From the NCBI GenBank assembly GCA_963796105.1, contig CAWCKJ010000012.1, positions 256,001-320,000 on the forward strand: a stretch of 64,000 nt of DNA, in the 5' to 3' direction. This document shows positions 58,442-64,000 of this stretch, piece by piece (position 1 is the stretch's first letter; every line of letters starts with the position of its first letter). The DNA is from a candidate division FCPU426 bacterium (GTDB lineage: Bacteria > Oederibacteriota > Muellerivitia > Muellerivitales > Muellerivitaceae). The position numbers were made by a program, and so were the translations under genes. Below the pieces are notes generated by a model, which saw only the letters and a list, made by a program, of their open reading frames with translations, ran no database searches and was not told where the DNA came from.

Positions 58442-58837
58442 TTAACGTTTCGAGAACTGGAACCGTTTGCGTGCTTTTTTCCGTCCGTACTTCTTGCGTT
58501 CCACCATGCGCGGGTCGCGCGTCATGAAGCCTGCCACCTTCAGGGAATGCCTCATCTCGGGGTCTATTTTCACCAGCGCCCTCGCGATGCTGTGCCTGAG
58601 GGCCTCCGCCTGCCCGTTGACGCCGCCGCCATGGACATTGGCGGTGATATCGTACTTGTTCACGGCTGAGACAACCTCCAGCGGGGACTTGGCTATCGAA
58701 ATCTTCATCTCGGGAAAAAATTTCTCAATCGGCTTTCCATTGACCTCAAACTGGCCTTTACCCGGCCGTAAAATCACCCGGGACACGGATGTTTTCCGAC
58801 GGCCCGTGGCCATGAACTGCTCTTTCGATGCGGTCAT
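58442..58837 (-). CDS. rpsI: 30S ribosomal protein S9
   Basis: TGRRKTS, GGG..GQA, TRDPRMVERKK.G..KARK..QFSKR. Confidence 0.98.
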   Translation of the reverse strand: MTASKEQFMATGRRKTSVSRVILRPGKGQFEVNGKPIEKFFPEMKISIAKSPLEVVSAVNKYDITANVHGGGVNGQAEALRHSIARALVKIDPEMRHSLKVAGFMTRDPRMVERKKYGRKKARKRFQFSKR

Positions 58838-59295
58838 TATTCCCCTCCCCTTTTGGCGTTATAAACCAGTTCCAGGGGTTGGGGGCGCTGGGCTCCATGG
58901 TTATGGGTTTCCCCCCTGTAGATATTCACCCGGCTGAACATCTTTTCCCCTTGGGATGTTTTCGGAAGCATTCCGCGGATGGCATACTCCAATATCCGCT
59001 CCGGCTTCTTGTAGCGGAGGACCTTGTATTCTTCCGTGGAAAGTCCGCCCGGCCTCCCGGAAGTGCGGTGATGGGCCTTGGTCGCCCACTTGTTGCCGGT
59101 CAACACGATCTTCTCGGCGTTGATGATGACCACATGATCGCCGTTTTCCACGTGGGGCGTGAAGGTGGGCTTGTGCTTTCCCCTCAAGATGGCGGCAACC
59201 TGGGAAGTCAAACGGCCCAGGACTTGGTCCTTGGCGTCCACCAGCCACCACTTGCGTTGTATGTCTTTTGTCGTCGGCAAATAAGTCTTTTGCAT
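58837..59295 (-). CDS. rplM: 50S ribosomal protein L13
   Basis: WWLVDA..VLGRL, LRGKHKP.FTPH, GMLPK, H.AQ.P. Confidence 0.98.
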   Translation of the reverse strand: MQKTYLPTTKDIQRKWWLVDAKDQVLGRLTSQVAAILRGKHKPTFTPHVENGDHVVIINAEKIVLTGNKWATKAHHRTSGRPGGLSTEEYKVLRYKKPERILEYAIRGMLPKTSQGEKMFSRVNIYRGETHNHGAQRPQPLELVYNAKRGGE

Positions 59296-59360
59296 GAAAA
59301 TAACCGGATCCTTTTTTAGAGCCCCATTCAAAATAGAGGCTTTTCTCAACAAGGTGTTGA

Positions 59361-59388
59361 ATTATAAGGTTTTTCAAAGAGGTGTCAA
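59361..59388 (-). promoter_or_regulatory. Consensus sigma70 promoter for rplM-rpsI
   Basis: TTGACA (59383-88)-16 nt-TATAAT (59361-66). Confidence 0.85.
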
Positions 59389-59437
59389 GAACTCTAAACC
59401 CCATAAAAAACCGGAACATGCGCGCGGGCAAAGGGTT

Positions 59438-60697
59438 TTAGGCCATCCTGAGTTTTAAGTTCCCGTTCACCATCGCGAAAGAGACAGTCCCCTTGTAACC
59501 GATCACATGATCCAGGATGCCAGAATCCCCTTTTCCCCTGCCAGGGGAGGGAATACCAATCAGATCCGCCAGGAACCCTGGCCTGATTTGGCCCAATTGG
59601 AAGCCCTTACCGATGGCTCGAGCGGCATTCACAGTCACCATGGACAGGATTTCCTGGGGGGAAACATCCGGGTGCTCTTCCCGGAACAATCTCATCTCCC
59701 TGAATAGGGAAAGGGATTGGTTGCTGGCCAAGCTGTCGGTTCCCAGGCACAGGGGTATTCGGTGCTTCCTCATTTGCTTAAATCGGAAAGGAGGATGCTT
59801 GAAGAATCGGTGGCTTCCGGGGCAATGAACTACCGCCACACGGTTTTTGGACAAGAGCCTCAAATCTTTGCTGTCCACTATGTTCAAATGCACCGCCAAA
59901 TTCAGTTTAGGGAGCCATCCCAAACCATTGACATATTGAACCGGTGTGGTTTGGATAGGAATCGGCCATTGCGGGTTCAAGAGCCGGACCCTCTCCGCGA
60001 TGGGTCCTTTCCCATTCTTAAAGTAAGCCGCCTCTTCCCTGCTTTCGGATAAATGAAGGCTGGTTGGTATGTTCCCCTTTAGATTCAAATAATCCCCGGC
60101 CAATTTGAAAAGTTCCTTGGAAACAGTGAAGGGGGTATGGGGACTTAAACCCCATTGAACGATTTCACCGGCATGATGCGTTCGGTCGAAATCGCGAAGT
60201 CTCTCCAGTAATTGTTTCCAGTATTTCAAGGGGTTGGACAAATCCAAGTCCAGCATTTCAATAAAAACAACCGAGCGGAGCCCCGATTCCCTTAACCGGC
60301 CTAGACTTTGCCCTCTGGTGGATATGTCGCAGAGGGTCGTGGTGCCGTAGGCTATGCTTTCCCGTATTCCCTTATCCACCCCCTTTCGGTAATCCAGGGG
60401 GGGCGTTTGTTTGGCTATGGCTCCCATTCTTTTGAGCCAATCCCGGAATCTTCCCCGATAAGGAACCTTTCCCTTGAAAAGGGTGTAATCCAAGTGGCAA
60501 TGCGCGTTGATCAATCCCGGTAAAAGAATCGTGTTCCCCAAGTCGAGGAGCCGAACCGCGGGGTGCGAGAACAGGTTCCGGCGCTGGCCTACCTGAAGAA
60601 TTCGATTGCCTTGAATCATCACGAAACCGTTCTCAATGGGCTGGGGACGGTCCTGGGTGACGATATATTTGGCGAAGAGCATCAAACGTTGATTCAT
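59438..60697 (-). CDS. Metal-dependent amidohydrolase (nucleoside deaminase-like)
   Basis: PGLINAHCHL, SPHT, HLSE, HCP.S, LGTDS. Confidence 0.88.
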   Translation of the reverse strand: MNQRLMLFAKYIVTQDRPQPIENGFVMIQGNRILQVGQRRNLFSHPAVRLLDLGNTILLPGLINAHCHLDYTLFKGKVPYRGRFRDWLKRMGAIAKQTPPLDYRKGVDKGIRESIAYGTTTLCDISTRGQSLGRLRESGLRSVVFIEMLDLDLSNPLKYWKQLLERLRDFDRTHHAGEIVQWGLSPHTPFTVSKELFKLAGDYLNLKGNIPTSLHLSESREEAAYFKNGKGPIAERVRLLNPQWPIPIQTTPVQYVNGLGWLPKLNLAVHLNIVDSKDLRLLSKNRVAVVHCPGSHRFFKHPPFRFKQMRKHRIPLCLGTDSLASNQSLSLFREMRLFREEHPDVSPQEILSMVTVNAARAIGKGFQLGQIRPGFLADLIGIPSPGRGKGDSGILDHVIGYKGTVSFAMVNGNLKLRMA

Positions 60698-60850
60698 GGC
60701 TCTAGATTAACAGGACCCTCCTTAATACAGAAGAGAGGCTTATCACGCCTTGAGCCAGGTTTCCCCAGATAAAACAACCCTGGCAGGTTTGCGAGCTTCC
60801 CCATCAAGTTTGGCCCCAAAGATAGCGCCGAATAAAGTACAATTCCGGCC

Positions 60851-62143
60851 ATGCTTGATAACACGTTTTCACGGAACCTTTTCCACCTGACCAGCGTCCT
60901 GACGGCTTGGTTTCCCCGGGCCGGGGCCTGGCTATTGGACCTCGCTTTCATTCCCCTCATTGGCAATCGACCCTTAGCCCGGTTCATCTTTAACCGGAAC
61001 CTCCGGATCGCCAAAAGCGTCAAGGAATACAAAAAAATCCTGGTCGTATCGGACATTCATATCGGGGACGCCATCCTGGCGTCGGGAAGCGTATCGGCGT
61101 TCCGGAACTTCTTCCCCAACGCCCAGATCGACTATGTGGTCAAGAAATCCGTGGCTTGTTTTTTCGAGGGTCATCCCGAGATCACGAAACTCTACCCCAT
61201 CTTCACCGGCGGGCAATACCCCAACGAAAGCGACCTGGAATCAGTCCGGAAACTCACCTTGGAAAACCACTACGATCTCTGCATGAATTGCTGTCCTTTC
61301 CTTGGGGACCAGCATATTTTTCCCAAAGGCCAAAAGGTGATGAATATGATGACCGCGGCCCCTGAAATTCTTTGGAACCTGCGGGCCAAGACGGGAACCT
61401 GTCATTTCATGTATCAGTCTTACGGCCTCCCCTACAAGATTCTCTCGAAAATCACGGACGCTAACAATCCTGGAACTTATAAGGGCGGGACCATCGTTCT
61501 CTCGAAACGGGCCACAGAGGAAGCTAAATCATTCTTAGAAAATAGTAAAATTCCACACGGCATTCCAGTCTTCTTCCTCAACCCCGACGCGGCCTCGCCC
61601 TATAACCGGGTTCCTTTCGAGAACCAATTGGAGCTTTTAAAAGGATTATTGAAGTTGAAAGGGCACGTGATACTCGGGTCCGGGTTCACCGCGAAAGGGA
61701 TTGAAAAACAACTGTTGGAAAAACTGGGGAATGTTGAAAAAAACGGGATTACGATAGTTCCAAACACTATGTCGCTGGATGGCTACGCAGCCTTGATTGA
61801 CTCCACTGATTATTTCATCTCGGCCGACACAGGGCCGCTTCATATCGCGGCGGCCAGGAAATTACCCGCCCCTGGAAATACCCCCTTCAGGAACAGGACT
61901 TTCGTGATCGCGATTTTCGGCGCCACCAACGCCCGCATGTCGGGGTACGACTCCACCGACCCCCTATTCCCAGCCGCCAACCAGGACGCGCCCTCGAGAA
62001 CCTATGTCTCCGAAAGTCCATGCCGAAACATCACTTGCATGAACAAAATGGCTAAAACCTGCGAAAAAGTCAGGTGCTTTGAGTTTCTGGATACCGGAAA
62101 AATATTCTCGGACATCCAGTCTCACTTGGGTCAAATGTCCTAA
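60851..62143 (+). CDS. Glycosyltransferase family 9 (heptosyltransferase-like)
   Basis: HIGDAIL, FPNAQID, DTGPLHIAAA, AIFGAT. Confidence 0.85.
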   Translation: MLDNTFSRNLFHLTSVLTAWFPRAGAWLLDLAFIPLIGNRPLARFIFNRNLRIAKSVKEYKKILVVSDIHIGDAILASGSVSAFRNFFPNAQIDYVVKKSVACFFEGHPEITKLYPIFTGGQYPNESDLESVRKLTLENHYDLCMNCCPFLGDQHIFPKGQKVMNMMTAAPEILWNLRAKTGTCHFMYQSYGLPYKILSKITDANNPGTYKGGTIVLSKRATEEAKSFLENSKIPHGIPVFFLNPDAASPYNRVPFENQLELLKGLLKLKGHVILGSGFTAKGIEKQLLEKLGNVEKNGITIVPNTMSLDGYAALIDSTDYFISADTGPLHIAAARKLPAPGNTPFRNRTFVIAIFGATNARMSGYDSTDPLFPAANQDAPSRTYVSESPCRNITCMNKMAKTCEKVRCFEFLDTGKIFSDIQSHLGQMS

Positions 62144-62189
62144 ACTCAGCCGGATTTCCCCATGTTTGTTGTAAGGGGAAACCCCCATC

Positions 62190-64000
62190 TCAGGGGAAAG
62201 GTAATGAATGGCGCGACTCCAAATAATGGGTGATAAGCCAGGCAGCGGATGTGTGATTATCTCGAAATGCCATCGCTTTCTTGAGGGCCATTCCCGCTTT
62301 TTCAAAATCACCCAATTCGAGATAAACCACTCCCAGACGGTTGTAAAGGTGCGCTTCCGGCACACCCAGTTTTAAGGCCTTTTGCAGGGGTTCCACCATT
62401 TCCCCGCACCTCCGGTTCATAAAAGCGATGTGGGCCTTCTTTTCCCAAAAACAGGATTCTAGGAATGGATCACCTTTAAATTGCGGATAAAGCCGATCCA
62501 AGCGCTCAGAAAGTATACCAGCTTTATTGGGCAGTAAATTTTCAAACACATCACCGGCAAAAACATGCATGGACTTTTCAGCCTTCACCCACCGCTTAAG
62601 AAGGGGTAGTCGATTGGCCGTCACAGGAATGATTCCGGCCATTAATCCCCCATCTTCCCGGAAAACATCCGAAGCCAGCCAATTCCATTGAGCCGCCGGA
62701 AAAAGACGGGACAAATAATCTTTATAGTGAACATTGCAAAGAATTCCCGCCCAAGGCACCCGGGGCACTGGTGCCTTTGGATTCTCCAAAGCGTTGAACT
62801 CCCAGGAGGCTATGGATAAGGTCTGGTCGTGGATATCATCCACTAGATCCGCCAGGATAAGCCCGGGACCCCATTGGCTTTGGGCATGGTCGAATATTTG
62901 AAAAGCCCTTTGCCTTTCCAAGGACTTGCAGTTAAACCAAGGGTCGTGGGCGGGAATCCACCATTGATGATAGACTCCGAATAGATGGTAGGCGTCGAGA
63001 CTAACGGAAAGACTCATCATCGCGAGCGCTAAGGCGCCGAAACGAATTTTTCTCAACGCCGCATGGATGAAAAGCAGTCTTGCCCCAATAACGGCCAGAA
63101 CCAAAAAAAACGGAATTAACTGTACCATTCTCATATATTCTTCCCCCCGGCTCAAGCCTTGGGGCAGCCATAACACCAAGCCGATGAAAGGCAGGATCTT
63201 TAACCAACCATGGAATCTTAAACGCCAAAGATCAAGCAGCCCTAGGAAAATGAGGGCGCCCAAAACCGGGTTGAAAAAGCCGCCCCAGAAAGGCTTATAG
63301 GCAAAGCCGGCGGATGGAGCGGGGCCCCAAAAAAAGGCAGAAAGAATTGAAAGCTGGGCTTTGAAATAGTTGTTATCTGGCAAACTGTGAAAAATGGATA
63401 ACCCGACCAGATAAGTCTTATCCGCACACCGTATGAAATTCCAGGCCAGCGGGGCCAATACCAACCCCGCCGCCAATGTAAAAACGATCAGGGGTTTGAC
63501 GCTTTTTGGTTTATTTCGCAGCAAGTCCCAGACCAAGGCAAGGAAAACGATAATGGCTACCACGGGCCAATTGAAATAAATGTAAAATCCGCTGCCGACA
63601 ACCAAGCCCAAACAAGCAGCGATTAAAACGAGGAATTTTTCTGCCGATTTTTCGAGAAAATACGCAAGCAAAGTAAAGACAAGTCCCATCCAAAAAAGCA
63701 AAAGAGTTCCGGGGGTGACGAATCGTCCGCAATAAATTGGCCAATAACCGAGCCCCATAACAGCCAGGAAAATAATACTGAAGGATTCGCTGAAAAATAT
63801 TCGGACGGCCCAAAAGAAAAAAATCAATGCGGCAAGCGAAAAAATCGCCGTGAACAGCCAGAACGTCTTAAGAGAAACGCCGAAAGCCGTGAAAAAAGAT
63901 CCCAGCCCACAGATTAAAAGGGGAGGATAGCCATTGAAAAAATAAAGCCACCTTGGAGGCTCCCCTTCCATCAGGCGCAAAGCCTCATAACCGAACATTC
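62190..64000 (-). CDS. Multipass GT-C (ArnT/PMT-like) membrane protein with C-terminal TPR; 5' end outside the window
   Basis: Many TMs after a ..PPL loop, a soluble domain, and TPR LYNRLGVVYLELGDFEKA. Confidence 0.7.
   Translation of the reverse strand, partial: MFGYEALRLMEGEPPRWLYFFNGYPPLLICGLGSFFTAFGVSLKTFWLFTAIFSLAALIFFFWAVRIFFSESFSIIFLAVMGLGYWPIYCGRFVTPGTLLLFWMGLVFTLLAYFLEKSAEKFLVLIAACLGLVVGSGFYIYFNWPVVAIIVFLALVWDLLRNKPKSVKPLIVFTLAAGLVLAPLAWNFIRCADKTYLVGLSIFHSLPDNNYFKAQLSILSAFFWGPAPSAGFAYKPFWGGFFNPVLGALIFLGLLDLWRLRFHGWLKILPFIGLVLWLPQGLSRGEEYMRMVQLIPFFLVLAVIGARLLFIHAALRKIRFGALALAMMSLSVSLDAYHLFGVYHQWWIPAHDPWFNCKSLERQRAFQIFDHAQSQWGPGLILADLVDDIHDQTLSIASWEFNALENPKAPVPRVPWAGILCNVHYKDYLSRLFPAAQWNWLASDVFREDGGLMAGIIPVTANRLPLLKRWVKAEKSMHVFAGDVFENLLPNKAGILSERLDRLYPQFKGDPFLESCFWEKKAHIAFMNRRCGEMVEPLQKALKLGVPEAHLYNRLGVVYLELGDFEKAGMALKKAMAFRDNHTSAAWLITHYLESRHSLPFP

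Noticed and set aside
14249..59352. Long N-terminal extensions in the ORF track (sufS, sufB, lolA, uidA, pyrK, rmlC, rmlA, rplM, antidote 2)
   Set aside because: They overlap upstream genes or lack an RBS. Downstream starts with an RBS, stop/start coupling or a family-typical N-terminus fit better.
1..64000. tRNA/rRNA genes and the many short antisense ORFs in the track
   Set aside because: No cloverleaf or rRNA signatures were noticed by eye (tRNAscan/Infernal would be decisive). The short ORFs lie opposite or within confidently identified genes.

Overview
Bacterial chromosomal window, mostly minus-strand housekeeping genes from a probable diderm (lolA-like, GT9). It carries ppdK, glyQS, a cold-shock gene, an Rrf2-sufBCDSU-sufT operon, gntK, recO, yajQ, rodZ, lolA, ftsK, pyrE/F/D/K, rlpA, rmlDBAC, gatCAB, pcrA/uvrD, LOG, NUDIX and rplM-rpsI. 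Polysaccharide-related genes are a secreted GH8 cut by the left edge (absent from the ORF track), a GH2 beta-glucuronidase and an apparently catalytically eroded GH-like protein. Envelope genes include a 980-aa beta-helix/Pro-Ala repeat protein, three GT-C-like multipass proteins and an SLH-like/coiled-coil gene broken by a stop and a frameshift. The most unusual part is a ~4 kb island (40.2-44.1 kb). It has three type II TA modules interleaved with three eroded copies of a convergent, winged-helix-like reading frame, plus ~620 bp of four consecutive tandem-repeat arrays phased at 21-22 or ~11 bp, which looks like a protein-binding (iteron/centromere-like) array. Intergenic regions also hold about five distinct families of small palindromic REP/MITE-like elements, some nested. 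I saw no rRNA, tRNA, CRISPR array, integrase or transposase. Product calls come from motif recognition by eye; no database searches were run.
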